The notes below the pieces were generated by a model. That model saw only the letters and a list, made by a program, of their open reading frames with translations, had not been told where the DNA came from and did no database searches. The translations under genes and the position numbers were made by a program. Of a stretch of 64,000 nucleotides of DNA, positions 55,014 to 64,000 are shown piece by piece (position 1 is the first letter of the stretch; each line of letters opens with the position of its first letter). Source of the DNA: PVC group bacterium (lineage in GTDB: Bacteria; Verrucomicrobiota; Kiritimatiellia; CAIKKV01); assembly GCA_945898015.1 (NCBI GenBank), contig CAMDGM010000011.1, positions 3,200-67,199 on the forward strand, read 5' to 3'.

Positions 55014-56186
55014 ATGACGTCCCGTCCACCCCTGCGTTTCGCCGTCATCGGATGCGGCATGCTCGCCCAGGCCACCCACATCCCCAACCTCCACCGTTCG
55101 CCCAAAACCCGCCTACAGGCCTGTTGCGACGTCTCCGACGCCACCCTCGCCCTCATGCGCGACACCTACCAGGTCCCCCTCATCAGCCACGACTACCGGG
55201 AGATCATCCGCCACCCGGACATCGACGCCATCTGCCTGGCCACCACCGAAAAACTCCGCCTGCCCGTCATCGAAGCTGCCGCCGCTGCCGGCAAGCCCGT
55301 CTTCGTGGAAAAACCGCTCGCCCGCACCCTCGACGAAGTCTATCGCATCCGCGACGTCGTGCAGGCCTCGGGCATCCCCTTCTGCGTGGGACATAACCGC
55401 CGGAGTTCACCCTGCATGCGGGAGGCCCACCGGATCTTCCGGTCCCACATGGAACACCCCAAAGCCTGCCCCTGGCGCTTTGACCGCGAAGGCGCGGATT
55501 CGCGCCCCTCCCTTCCCGAAGATGGCGTCGCCGGCATCTCCGTGCGGATCAACGACGATTGGTACAGCTGGAAAGGATGGGTGTTCGACAAAGCCCAGGC
55601 CCCGCACGGCCCCATGCTTTTCGAAATGACCCATTTCACCGACATGTGCAACTGGTTCCTGGCCGCCGAACCCGAGGAGGTCGTCGCGCTGGAAAGCGGC
55701 ATGTTGAATCATGGCATCGTCATCCGCTACAAGACCGGGGAAATGGCCACCCTCTGCATGAGCGCCAACGGCACCTTCGGATACCCCAAGGAGCTCTACG
55801 AAATCTTCGGCAAGGGGGCCGCCGTCGTCGTGGATCATATGGTCGAAATCCGCACCGCCGGCATCGCGGACACGCCCGACCGCCTCACCTTTCCCATGAT
55901 CCGGGACCGCTTCCCCGAAGTCGGCAAGGAACTGGGCCTCTCCGGCTGGCTCGCCAAACGCCGCGCCGCCTGCCTCGAAGCCGCCGAAAAGAAGGATCCC
56001 AGCCTCACCTACGCCGCCGAGCCGGACAAGGGCTGGGCGCATGCGCTCGACCGGTTTGTCGACGAAATACACGGCGACGGCCCCGCCGTCTGCGGCGCCA
56101 ACGACGCCGTGATGGCCACCCGCGTGGCGTTCGCCGCCATCCGCTCCGTCGCCGAACACCGGCCGGTCAAGCTGGACGAAATTTAA
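55014..56186 (+). CDS. Gfo/Idh/MocA-family oxidoreductase
   Basis: The N-terminal Rossmann motif is RFAVIGCGMLAQATHIPNL. A central EKPLA motif is also present (VFVEKPLART). Confidence 0.85.
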   Translation: MTSRPPLRFAVIGCGMLAQATHIPNLHRSPKTRLQACCDVSDATLALMRDTYQVPLISHDYREIIRHPDIDAICLATTEKLRLPVIEAAAAAGKPVFVEKPLARTLDEVYRIRDVVQASGIPFCVGHNRRSSPCMREAHRIFRSHMEHPKACPWRFDREGADSRPSLPEDGVAGISVRINDDWYSWKGWVFDKAQAPHGPMLFEMTHFTDMCNWFLAAEPEEVVALESGMLNHGIVIRYKTGEMATLCMSANGTFGYPKELYEIFGKGAAVVVDHMVEIRTAGIADTPDRLTFPMIRDRFPEVGKELGLSGWLAKRRAACLEAAEKKDPSLTYAAEPDKGWAHALDRFVDEIHGDGPAVCGANDAVMATRVAFAAIRSVAEHRPVKLDEI

Positions 56187-56233
56187 TGGGCAACCCGGAA
56201 ACGGGCGCCTGGCATAGACGCATCGACTTACCG

Positions 56234-57052
56234 TTATCGACCCAGGGATATCTCCGCCACCGCCACGACGGACTGCATTCGGGAAAGCTGGTTCTCCCCT
56301 TTGATGCTCAGGACCACGTGGCCGGCGGCGTCCACCGCATACGAATTCCCGGGCCACCAGGTCTCCCCGTCAAACCCGACAGGATTCGCGCTCATCTTGG
56401 GCATTCCGCTCTGTTTGGCCGTGAGGGCCGCACGCGACACAACCCGCCGGCAATTTTCATCAAAGGCCAGGGCCAGAACAGAAGGCTCGGCGTCAGGCTG
56501 CCAGACCTCTTCCTTCTTCATACAACCGGCCGACGGGTGCAACACCAGATCAGGTGCCACCCGGTCCACCGCCGCCTGCACGGCCGGCACGCCAAACTCC
56601 GAGCAAATCACGATCACCATCCGGGCTCCATCCACCTGGAACACAACCCGTTCGGGATCGGGCCACGCCTCCAGAAAAGAAGGCTCGGCAAACACCCGGA
56701 ACGCCTTGCGCTGGAAGCGCACATTCCCGTCGGGCTCGATGATCGCATGAACCGCGTTGAACTTGGACCCGAAAGGCGTGATGAATCCCACGCAAATCGT
56801 AATGCCGTCGCTCACGGCCACCCGGGACAACGCTTGAAAGGCGGAGTTCTCGACCGGCAGGACCGCTTGCCGGTCAGGGCCCGACAACGCATTACCCGTC
56901 AGGCATCCCTCGGGAAACAGGACCATGCGCGCGCCCTGACGGGCGGCATCACGGCTTAACCGGCAGGCGTCCGCCATGTTTCCGGCCGTGTCGTCCAGCC
57001 GGCAGGCCATCTGGCATAATGCAAATTTCAAGTTTCGTTTCTTCCCGTCCAC
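56234..57052 (-). CDS. carbon-nitrogen hydrolase (nitrilase superfamily)
   Basis: E-K-C triad context: LVLFPEG, QRKAF and VIVICSEF. Length is 272 aa. Confidence 0.8.
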   Translation of the reverse strand: MDGKKRNLKFALCQMACRLDDTAGNMADACRLSRDAARQGARMVLFPEGCLTGNALSGPDRQAVLPVENSAFQALSRVAVSDGITICVGFITPFGSKFNAVHAIIEPDGNVRFQRKAFRVFAEPSFLEAWPDPERVVFQVDGARMVIVICSEFGVPAVQAAVDRVAPDLVLHPSAGCMKKEEVWQPDAEPSVLALAFDENCRRVVSRAALTAKQSGMPKMSANPVGFDGETWWPGNSYAVDAAGHVVLSIKGENQLSRMQSVVAVAEISLGR

Positions 57053-57082
57053 ATCAACCCTCCATTCCCCTCAAAAGAGCTC

Positions 57083-58300
57083 TTACCCATCCAACAGCGA
57101 GCGGTCCATCCAACGCATCAGCAAGCACCAGGTGATCGGCGCATTCGTCCAGCCGGAATAAAGGCTATTGGCTCCGCCTTCAAAACAATCGCCACCCCCC
57201 CATTGCTTCCGCTTCAAGTCATACATGCCGCGCCAGCACCCCTTGACGTGCGCCTCCGGTGTTTGATCCTGAATGTCGGTCACCAGTTTCAGGAGCTTTT
57301 CAAAGGCTGACCGGTCCGCTCGCCGGCCGGTCAAGGCCGCCCGATTCTGAAACCCCAGCAACGCCCAATTCACCGTGTAAATCGTGTCGGCCAGATGCGG
57401 GCCCACCGGCGCTTCGAAATGTTCCGCCGGAATATTGCCCGTCTCCGGGTCCATGCGCGCCTCCAGCGCATCCCCCAGCACCGCCGTCAACTCATGATAG
57501 AGGGGGTGATCAAACACCTTCGCCGCCCAGCTCGCCCCGATCAGGGCATAGGCCTGCTCGCTCGCGTTAAACGCCCCCGGCTTCTCCGCCAGGTAAAGAT
57601 GATAGCGCTCCACGGCCTCCGCATAACCGGGCTTGGGGCTGACCTGATGCGCCAAGGTCAGAGCCAGACCGACCAGCGACCCCCAGTGCGGCAACTGCAG
57701 GCGGCCTGTCCAGGCCCCCGTCGGATCCGCCCACTGGTCCGGACGTCCCGGCAGGGAAGAACGAAAGGCCCGGTTGAACCCCTCCAGAAGGCTGTCCGCC
57801 AGCTTCAAGCCCCAGCCGATCATGTCATACCGCGCGTTCAGTTCGGGATAGCGGCGTCCCAGGATCAATTGGATGACGGCATTCCATCCGTTATCGTCAA
57901 ACCAGATCGTGGGCGTCCATCGCGCATGCGACCACCGCCAGCTGCCCGCCGGATACGCCTCCAGGTTCCGGTTCAGAAGGCCACTGCGAAAATACAGGAA
58001 GTCCAGCAGGCTGCCCCCCGTCTCGTAATCCCGCCGGTCCTGAAAGGCCTCATACGCCAGAAAAAACATCAGGGCCGCCTCAAAGTTGCAATCGGCCCGC
58101 CGCTGCTCGATCACGCTCCAGCCGTCATGAGGAGTCCAGGCCGGAAAATGGGAATATATTTTATCCAGCGCCTCGTTGCCGGGGGTGATCACAATCCGTT
58201 CCGCCACACCCCAACTGCCGTCGGACGGGAGCATGACCCCCGATTTACGAAACCATTCCAGATTCGCCTTGACCGCCTTCTTGATCACTGTTTTCTGCAT
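57083..58300 (-). CDS. hypothetical protein, possibly alpha/alpha-toroid (glycoside-hydrolase-like) fold
   Basis: 405 aa, Trp/aromatic-rich with a regularly spaced helical pattern and no signal peptide. The fold assignment is a guess from composition only. Confidence 0.5.
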   Translation of the reverse strand: MQKTVIKKAVKANLEWFRKSGVMLPSDGSWGVAERIVITPGNEALDKIYSHFPAWTPHDGWSVIEQRRADCNFEAALMFFLAYEAFQDRRDYETGGSLLDFLYFRSGLLNRNLEAYPAGSWRWSHARWTPTIWFDDNGWNAVIQLILGRRYPELNARYDMIGWGLKLADSLLEGFNRAFRSSLPGRPDQWADPTGAWTGRLQLPHWGSLVGLALTLAHQVSPKPGYAEAVERYHLYLAEKPGAFNASEQAYALIGASWAAKVFDHPLYHELTAVLGDALEARMDPETGNIPAEHFEAPVGPHLADTIYTVNWALLGFQNRAALTGRRADRSAFEKLLKLVTDIQDQTPEAHVKGCWRGMYDLKRKQWGGGDCFEGGANSLYSGWTNAPITWCLLMRWMDRSLLDG

Positions 58301-58355
58301 GACAATCCTTTAAAGGAGTAATCGTTATTCTTTTACTATAACAAATTTACCCGCC

Positions 58356-59150
58356 ATGGCAACAAAACCTCTCCCGCGGCCAACCGGCGCGGTTCGACTT
58401 GCCTTTTCGGAGCCGCCCGCCGACAATGCCCGGCACATGAACGCTCCGGCACCCTCCCATGAACCGCAACCCGGCCTGTTCTCGCTCCAGGAAGCCGGCC
58501 TCGCCGCCCTCCTGATGGGGCTCGTCAATTTTATTGGCGCCGGCCTCATCGCGCTGGGGGCCTGGCCCGAAGAGATCAACGGACTAGCCGGCAATCTGGC
58601 CATGGAGGCCGGCCTGGCCCTGGGCGTCGGCGCCATCCTGTTCCGGCGCCGCCTCTCCTGGCAGGACGCCTTCGGCTTGCGGGCGCCCCTGTGGCCGCGA
58701 GCCATCGCCATCGGGCTGCTCGGCTGCGCCGCCCTGCTCCCCGTGACCTTCCTCCTCCACAGCCTGTCCCTCCACCTGTTCACGCGATGGGGCGGGCCGG
58801 CGGGCGATCAACCCGCCATCCAGTGGCTGCTGAACAATCACGATCCGCTTTTCCGATCCCTGTTATTTGTCCAGGCCGTGATGATTGCGCCCCTCTGCGA
58901 GGAACTTTTCTTCCGCGGCCTGCTGCTTCAAGCCCTTCGCCGCCATTACTCAACCCCCATGGCCATCGGGCTCTCCGCTTTTTTTTTCGCGGCCTTTCAT
59001 TTCAACCTGCCCGCCACGCTCCCGCTGTTTGCGATTGCCTCCGGCTTTGCAGTCGCCTATCTTTACACCCGTTCCCTGGCGGCGGCCATCGTGATGCACG
59101 CCGCCTACAACCTCATCAACTACGCGTGGGCAATATGGTTAAAACCGTAG
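58356..59150 (+). CDS. CPBP-family intramembrane glutamic endopeptidase (CAAX protease/Abi)
   Basis: Contains APLCEELFFRG, FFAAFHFN and MHAAYNL motifs and is multi-TM. Confidence 0.85.
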   Translation: MATKPLPRPTGAVRLAFSEPPADNARHMNAPAPSHEPQPGLFSLQEAGLAALLMGLVNFIGAGLIALGAWPEEINGLAGNLAMEAGLALGVGAILFRRRLSWQDAFGLRAPLWPRAIAIGLLGCAALLPVTFLLHSLSLHLFTRWGGPAGDQPAIQWLLNNHDPLFRSLLFVQAVMIAPLCEELFFRGLLLQALRRHYSTPMAIGLSAFFFAAFHFNLPATLPLFAIASGFAVAYLYTRSLAAAIVMHAAYNLINYAWAIWLKP

Positions 59151-60193
59151 AATGGCTCTCCGATCAGCCCGGCCGTTTTTTCCCCGGCCGCCTCAAACTC
59201 ATTGACCAGACCCGTCTCCCGACGGAAGTCCTCTTCCTGGAGCTGCGGACCGTGGAATCCGTCTGGCACGCCATCAAGATCCTCCAGGTGCGGGGCGCCC
59301 CCGCCATCGGTGTGGCCGCCGCCATGGGCGTCATCGTCGGCATCCAGGAAAGCCGGGCCCGGACCCCGGACGCCATCCGCACCGCCGTCCGTGCCGCGGC
59401 GGACCGCCTCGCCACCTCCCGCCCCACCGCCGTAAACCTCTTCTGGGCGCTCGACCGCATGAAACAGGCCGCCCGGGCTGACCTGCCGGCCACGGATCTG
59501 GCGGAACATCTGGCCGCGGAAGCCGTGCGGATCGGCATGGAAGACACCGCCATGTGCCGGGCGATCGGCGAACACGGCGCCACCCTGCTCGCGGGCGTCC
59601 ACTCCGTCCTGACCCATTGCAACGCCGGCAGCCTGGCCACATCGTGGTATGGCACCGCCTTGGCGCCCCTTTATGTGGCGCTCGAAAAAGGGCAGGTGAT
59701 CCAGGTGTACGCCGACGAAACGCGCCCCCTGCTCCAGGGCGCACGCCTCACGGCGTGGGAGTTGAGCCAGGCCGGCATTCCCGTCACCGTGATCTGCGAC
59801 AACATGGCCGCCGTGGTCATGCGGCAGAAAAAAATTGGCGCCGTGCTGGTCGGCGCTGACCGCATTGCCGCCAACGGCGACACGGCCAACAAAATCGGCA
59901 CCTACGGCGTCGCCCTGCTGGCCGCCGCGCACCGGATCCCGTTCTATGTGCTCGCGCCGAGCTCCACCTTCGATTTCACCCTCGCGTCCGGCGACTCCAT
60001 TCCCATTGAGGAACGCGATCCCCGCGAGGTGACGCACGGGCTTGGGAAACAGACCGTGCCGGAGGGCGTCAAGGTGTTCAATCCGGCCTTCGATGTCACC
60101 CCGGCGGCCCTGATCACCGCCATTGTCTGCGAAAAAGGAATTGCCCGGCCCGACTACCGGACCTCCCTCAAAACGCTGCTTTCTCCCCGCTGA
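59135..60193 (+). CDS. mtnA: S-methyl-5-thioribose-1-phosphate isomerase
   Basis: Contains IDQTRLP, VRGAPAIGVAAA, HCNAGSLAT, DETRPLLQGARLTAWEL and GADRIAANGDTANKIGTY. The start is the ATG at 59135 (16-nt overlap with the CPBP gene); the 148-codon upstream extension in the track is a shadow. Confidence 0.9.
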   Translation: MVKTVEWLSDQPGRFFPGRLKLIDQTRLPTEVLFLELRTVESVWHAIKILQVRGAPAIGVAAAMGVIVGIQESRARTPDAIRTAVRAAADRLATSRPTAVNLFWALDRMKQAARADLPATDLAEHLAAEAVRIGMEDTAMCRAIGEHGATLLAGVHSVLTHCNAGSLATSWYGTALAPLYVALEKGQVIQVYADETRPLLQGARLTAWELSQAGIPVTVICDNMAAVVMRQKKIGAVLVGADRIAANGDTANKIGTYGVALLAAAHRIPFYVLAPSSTFDFTLASGDSIPIEERDPREVTHGLGKQTVPEGVKVFNPAFDVTPAALITAIVCEKGIARPDYRTSLKTLLSPR

Positions 60194-60218
60194 ATCCTGA
60201 CCCGGAAAGGGCTCCCCG

Positions 60219-61598
60219 ATGAAACTCAACCCTTCCACCCGCCTGCTGGCCGGCTCCGCCAAAGCGGACATCACCCCGGCGCTCGGCATTCAAATCGCGG
60301 GCGACATCGGCCGCCACCGGCCCTGCACCAGCCTCCAGGAACCCCTGTATGCGCGGGCCCTGATCCTCGAGCAGGCCGGCAAGCGGTATTGCATCCTGGC
60401 CCTGGATGTGCTGGCTATCGACAATCCATGGGCCGACGAAATCCGGCGGCGGGCGCAAGCCCAATATGGACTCACGGCCGACGCGGTCCTCATTCACATC
60501 ACCCAAAACCATGGGGCCCCCAGCATCGGCAACCATTTCTGCAAGGATTCCTGCACCCTGATTCCCGCCGCCTATGACTGGCTGCGCGGCGGCGATGCGC
60601 GTTACAACGAGCCAGCCGTGGCCGGCACGCTCAAGGCCATTGGCCTGGCCTTGGACAACCTCACCCCGGTGCGCGTCGAGGCGGGCCGGGCGGTCGACGG
60701 CCGGATTGCCTTCAACCGCCGCTTTGTCATGCGCACCGGCCAGACGCTCTGCCACCCTCCGTCCTGCAGCCCGGACATCCTGCAAAATGAAGGGCCCGTC
60801 GACCCGGAGGTCGGCGTCACCACCTTCACGGCGGACGACGGCCGCGTGGTCTCCGCCCTGCTCCATCACACCTGCCATCCCTGCTGCGGATATGGCCAGA
60901 CCGCGGCCATGGCCGATTGGCCCGGCGCCTGGTGCCGGGAAATGGAATCCGCCTGGGGCGAGACGTGCACCCCGCTGGTGATCAACGGCTGCTGCGGTAA
61001 CATCCACCAGCACAACCATCTCGATCCCAACGATAAAAACGATCACCTGCTGATGGGGCGCCGGCTGGCGGAATCGACCCGCCGCGCACTGGCGAAAATG
61101 ACCCCGATTGACGCCTCCCGTTTTTCCTGGACCCGGCACGTCGCGCCCCTTCCCCGGCGCCGCGTGCCGGACGAGTTGCTCGCCGCCGCCAAAAAGATGC
61201 TGTCCGACTACCCGGAGCCGAAATGGAAGGACGGCAAGCATATCCAGGTGGACTGGGATTGGGTCTATGCCGTGGGTATTGTGGACATCGCCGAGGACCG
61301 CGCCGCGGAGCCCTGCTATCCGTATGAAATCCAGGCCATGCGGCTGGGGGATTTCGCCCTGCTCGCGCTCATGGGCGAGCCGTTCGTGGAAGCGCAACTG
61401 AAAATCAAGAAGGACTCCGCCTTCCCCTTCACCATGGTGGCCCACATGTGCAACGGCTACCTGGGCTACGTGCCCACCCTCCAGGCGTTCGCTGGAGGCG
61501 GTTATGAAACCCGCACCGGCCGGGGCTCAAGGCTGGTTCCAGAGGCGCTGGAACAGGTCGAAGCCGAATCGATTGCCCTGCTAAAACAGCTTCACTGA
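60219..61598 (+). CDS. neutral/alkaline ceramidase-like N-terminal-domain hydrolase family protein
   Basis: The N-terminal AGSAKADITPALG..IAG pattern and overall layout resemble bacterial ceramidase-like hypotheticals. This is recognition from memory only. Confidence 0.5.
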   Translation: MKLNPSTRLLAGSAKADITPALGIQIAGDIGRHRPCTSLQEPLYARALILEQAGKRYCILALDVLAIDNPWADEIRRRAQAQYGLTADAVLIHITQNHGAPSIGNHFCKDSCTLIPAAYDWLRGGDARYNEPAVAGTLKAIGLALDNLTPVRVEAGRAVDGRIAFNRRFVMRTGQTLCHPPSCSPDILQNEGPVDPEVGVTTFTADDGRVVSALLHHTCHPCCGYGQTAAMADWPGAWCREMESAWGETCTPLVINGCCGNIHQHNHLDPNDKNDHLLMGRRLAESTRRALAKMTPIDASRFSWTRHVAPLPRRRVPDELLAAAKKMLSDYPEPKWKDGKHIQVDWDWVYAVGIVDIAEDRAAEPCYPYEIQAMRLGDFALLALMGEPFVEAQLKIKKDSAFPFTMVAHMCNGYLGYVPTLQAFAGGGYETRTGRGSRLVPEALEQVEAESIALLKQLH

Positions 61599-62521
61599 CG
61601 CTCGCGCCACCGGATGGCTTTGGCAACCTGATCCACGGCGGTCATCTGGTGCGGGCGGTAGGCTTCCATCGTGGGCCGCCAGGAGCACTGCAGGAATCCC
61701 TTGAGCCGGCGGGGCTCGATATGATTCGCGCCATACCGGACCGTGCGCTCGAAATTGACCGGCACGCTCCAGTTGCTGCCCGTGGGAACCTGGTCGTAGC
61801 CGTGCTTCTCCAGGTCCAGGTAAGCCTGCACATAATTCAGCTTCTGGCTGAAGGACGCGCCGTAATACCAGTTGCTCTGGAGCACGCTTTTGGGCATATG
61901 CCTCCAGAACAGGTCCGGATGGTTCCACACGTAATCCGACCACACCCAGGCGCGGCACCCCGCCCGCTCCACCTGCTCCTGATAAAAGTAGAAATCCCGC
62001 CACCACAGGTCGTATTGCCGGATGACCACATACTCAAACGACCGCTGGTGGCGCTCCGTCTCTTCGTCCATGCCCAGATGAAACAGGCGCGGCTTGCCGA
62101 AGAGCGCCGCGGTTTCGGCGATCACCTCCTTGCAGACCTCATAATAGATCGGCGTGGAGATGCAGCGGCTGTAGGGGCCGAGCCAGAGATCGTGGCAGGT
62201 CGAGAAGTTCAGCTTCGGGATCGGCTCGAGGCCCAGCTTCCGGATCTTGTCCAGTTCACGGCGCAATTTCGACGGCGTCCAGGCGCCCTTAACGGCAAGC
62301 TCGGGATGCGAGTCGAACTTGACGGCGTCGCCCACGTCGATCACAACCATATTCATGCCGGCCCCGGCCATGGCCAGCAGGATGTCGTCCCACAAAGGCG
62401 CGTCCAAACGCAGAAACGGCTTGTAAACCGTCTGGTTGGCTTCGCGCTCGGGTGTGCTTCGATCGCACCACATATTGTAACTGAGGTGCAGGAGATTGGC
62501 CCAGATCAAAGGGGTGGTCAT
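61592..62521 (-). CDS. hypothetical protein, TIM-barrel glycoside-hydrolase-like
   Basis: 309 aa with composition that looks real (Trp/Tyr-rich, HLGMDEE motif). I cannot name a family. The start ATG overlaps the stop of the upstream micro-ORF (ATGA). Confidence 0.5.
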   Translation of the reverse strand: MTTPLIWANLLHLSYNMWCDRSTPEREANQTVYKPFLRLDAPLWDDILLAMAGAGMNMVVIDVGDAVKFDSHPELAVKGAWTPSKLRRELDKIRKLGLEPIPKLNFSTCHDLWLGPYSRCISTPIYYEVCKEVIAETAALFGKPRLFHLGMDEETERHQRSFEYVVIRQYDLWWRDFYFYQEQVERAGCRAWVWSDYVWNHPDLFWRHMPKSVLQSNWYYGASFSQKLNYVQAYLDLEKHGYDQVPTGSNWSVPVNFERTVRYGANHIEPRRLKGFLQCSWRPTMEAYRPHQMTAVDQVAKAIRWRERQ

Positions 62522-62697
62522 TTCAGAAGAATGCCGATAATGATGCCGACCACCATTGAACCCAGCATGGCAAAAGACAGGCGGACGTTATCGATCGTCC
62601 ACGCCAGAAACTGGATATCCACCTTGCCGCCGGTCAAAAGCAGGACAATCACAAAAAGAACCATCAGGATCAACGCCACAATGACATGCTTGCTCAT
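62518..62697 (-). CDS. small membrane protein, LapA/DUF1049-like (59 aa)
   Basis: Hand-translated as MSKHVIVALILMVLFVIVLLLTGGKVDIQFLAWTIDNVRLSFAMLGSMVVGIIIGILLK. It has two TM helices flanking the V.I.F..W pattern. At 59 aa it does not appear in the ORF track. Confidence 0.55.
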   Translation of the reverse strand: MSKHVIVALILMVLFVIVLLLTGGKVDIQFLAWTIDNVRLSFAMLGSMVVGIIIGILLK

Positions 62698-62718
62698 ATT
62701 CCGTTCTCCCTGTCGCGC

Positions 62719-63270
62719 TTAACGCGGCGCAACAACGCGTTCCAGAACGTCCAGAATCGCTTCCACATCCGCCATCCGCCCCCGCCCCTGCGCACCGCAG
62801 GCCAAGTCCCCCTCCCCGGGGTCCACCACGGTGGCGCCGCGACCCAGAAGCGTTTTCAAATTGGCCTGCGTGGCCGGATGTTCCCACATCCGGACATTCA
62901 TCGCGGGCGCGACAATCAACGGCGCCGGACAAGCCAGAGCCGTACAGGACAGCAGGTCGTCTGAAATCCCGTGGGCCAGCTTGGCCATCACATTGGCCGT
63001 GCAGGGGGCAATCAGCAGCGCGCTCGCGCGGTCAGCCATGGAAATATGCTCCGGATACCACTCCGAGTCCCGCGCGAACATCTCCGTCCCCACCGGATGG
63101 CGGGACAGGGTGCGCAGGGTGAGCTCGGTGATGAACTCGGTGGCGCCCCGGGTCATGATCACCGACACCTCCCAGCCCCGCTTGCGAATGAGCCGCACGA
63201 TATCGGCGGACTTGTAGGCGGCAATGGAACCGGTGACGCCCAGGACAATATGAGGAACCTGTTTTTTCAT
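62719..63270 (-). CDS. coaC: phosphopantothenoylcysteine decarboxylase-type flavoprotein (stand-alone CoaC/HFCD family)
   Basis: Contains LGVTGSIAAYKS, APCTANVMAKLAHGISDDLL, PAMNVRMWEHPATQ and GDLACGAQGRGRM. No CoaB domain is attached. The start is taken at the ATG at 63270. Confidence 0.82.
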   Translation of the reverse strand: MKKQVPHIVLGVTGSIAAYKSADIVRLIRKRGWEVSVIMTRGATEFITELTLRTLSRHPVGTEMFARDSEWYPEHISMADRASALLIAPCTANVMAKLAHGISDDLLSCTALACPAPLIVAPAMNVRMWEHPATQANLKTLLGRGATVVDPGEGDLACGAQGRGRMADVEAILDVLERVVAPR

Positions 63271-63355
63271 GGACCCTTGCTGAATGGAAAAAGAATAACG
63301 ATTCCCAATACCCGGCGCAAGGGCATTCGACGGCCACATTTTCAATCCCCGTTTC

Positions 63356-63384
63356 TTGACATTCAACCGCACTTTCTATATATT
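63356..63384 (+). promoter_or_regulatory. sigma70-like promoter for fba (TTGACA-17-TATATT)
   Basis: Hexamers and spacer read directly, about 58 nt upstream of the fba ATG. Confidence 0.5.
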
Positions 63385-63441
63385 CGAGCCGTTTCATTTG
63401 ACCCAAAACGACGCAAGTGCTCCAACCCAAGGAAACCGATC

Positions 63442-64000
63442 ATGATCGTCACCACGAAACAACTTTTCCAGCACGCCTACGGGAAATACGCCATCGGCGC
63501 CTACAACATCAACAATCTCGAGCAATGCATGGGCCTGTTCCAGGGCAATCTGGCCAGCAAGGCTCCCTTTATCATCCAGATCTCCAAGGGGGCGCGCTCC
63601 TACACCCACAAGAAGATGCTCGAATCCATGCTCAAGACGGCCGACGAGATCTTCCCCGACTCCGTCTTCGCCATCCACCTGGACCACGGGGATGAAGCCA
63701 CCTGCATGGACTGCATCAAGAGCGGCATCTACAGCTCCGTCATGATCGACGCCTCCCACGCCCCCCTGAAGGAAAACATCGCCATCACCAAGCGCGTGGT
63801 GGACGCCGGCCATGCCAAGGGCCTGGTGGTCGAGGCCGAACTCGGCCTGCTCAAGGGCGTCGAGGAGCATGTGAAAGCCGACGAGCACGTCTTCACCGAC
63901 CCCGCCGAAGCCGAGCAGTTCATCAAGGAATCCGGCTGCGACAGCCTCGCCTGCGCGATCGGCACCAGCCACGGCGCCTTCAAGTTCAAGGGTGAACAGA
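63442..64000 (+). CDS. fba: class II fructose-bisphosphate aldolase, N-terminal part (runs off the window end)
   Basis: Hand-translated as MIVTTKQLFQHAYGKYAIGAYNINNLEQ...IIQISKGA...AIHLDHG...VEAELG...GTSHGAFKF. It is not in the track because there is no stop in the window. Confidence 0.9.
   Translation, partial: MIVTTKQLFQHAYGKYAIGAYNINNLEQCMGLFQGNLASKAPFIIQISKGARSYTHKKMLESMLKTADEIFPDSVFAIHLDHGDEATCMDCIKSGIYSSVMIDASHAPLKENIAITKRVVDAGHAKGLVVEAELGLLKGVEEHVKADEHVFTDPAEAEQFIKESGCDSLACAIGTSHGAFKFKGEQ

Noticed and set aside
58691-59134. 148-codon N-terminal extension of the mtnA ORF in the track (a 500-aa ORF)
   Set aside because: The extension overlaps the CPBP protease gene in another frame and is Arg/Pro-rich. 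MtnA homology begins at the ATG at 59135 (MVKTVEWL...IDQTRLP).
1-64000. CRISPR arrays, IS elements or transposases, rRNA, prophage genes and recognisable defence systems (RM, CBASS, retrons and similar)
   Set aside because: Reading through all intergenic spacers and all ORFs above 60 aa revealed no repeat-spacer arrays and no transposase, integrase or phage motifs. I also saw no nuclease/ATPase defence-type operons. The only repeats found are the 18-bp tandem duplication and short hairpins.

Overview
High-GC (roughly 60-65% by eye) bacterial chromosomal window, densely coded on both strands. I call about 60 protein genes and one tRNA-Pro(UGG). I found no rRNA, CRISPR array, transposase or integrase. 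Gene content is mostly housekeeping. Translation genes include rpmE-prfA-prmC, rplU-rpmA-obg, efp-epmA, an EfpL/YeiP paralog and prfB with its +1 frameshift. Other core genes are secA-lnt, polA-ispD, purL, a metX-metW fusion next to cysE, leuA, gmk/yicC, queH, mtnA, fba and coaC. Accessory pieces are interspersed: two PIN-toxin TA pairs, a lower-GC secreted-protein gene next to the tRNA, and an outer-membrane/secreted/radical-SAM trio lying divergent from a PA14-PKD-TPR protein plus a C25 (gingipain-like) peptidase. A cluster of sugar/hydrolase-type hypotheticals also sits among them. The gene repertoire loosely suggests a PVC-type lineage (Verrucomicrobiota, Kiritimatiellota or Planctomycetota); this is a guess I cannot verify. 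The observation I rate highest is a candidate Leu-codon leader peptide with alternative hairpins and an intrinsic terminator directly upstream of leuA. No clear novel multi-gene system (for example a defence island) is evident. Many very long ORFs in the supplied track are antisense shadow ORFs typical of GC-rich DNA and were rejected. All functional calls rest on motifs I recognise by eye in the translations; no database search was possible.
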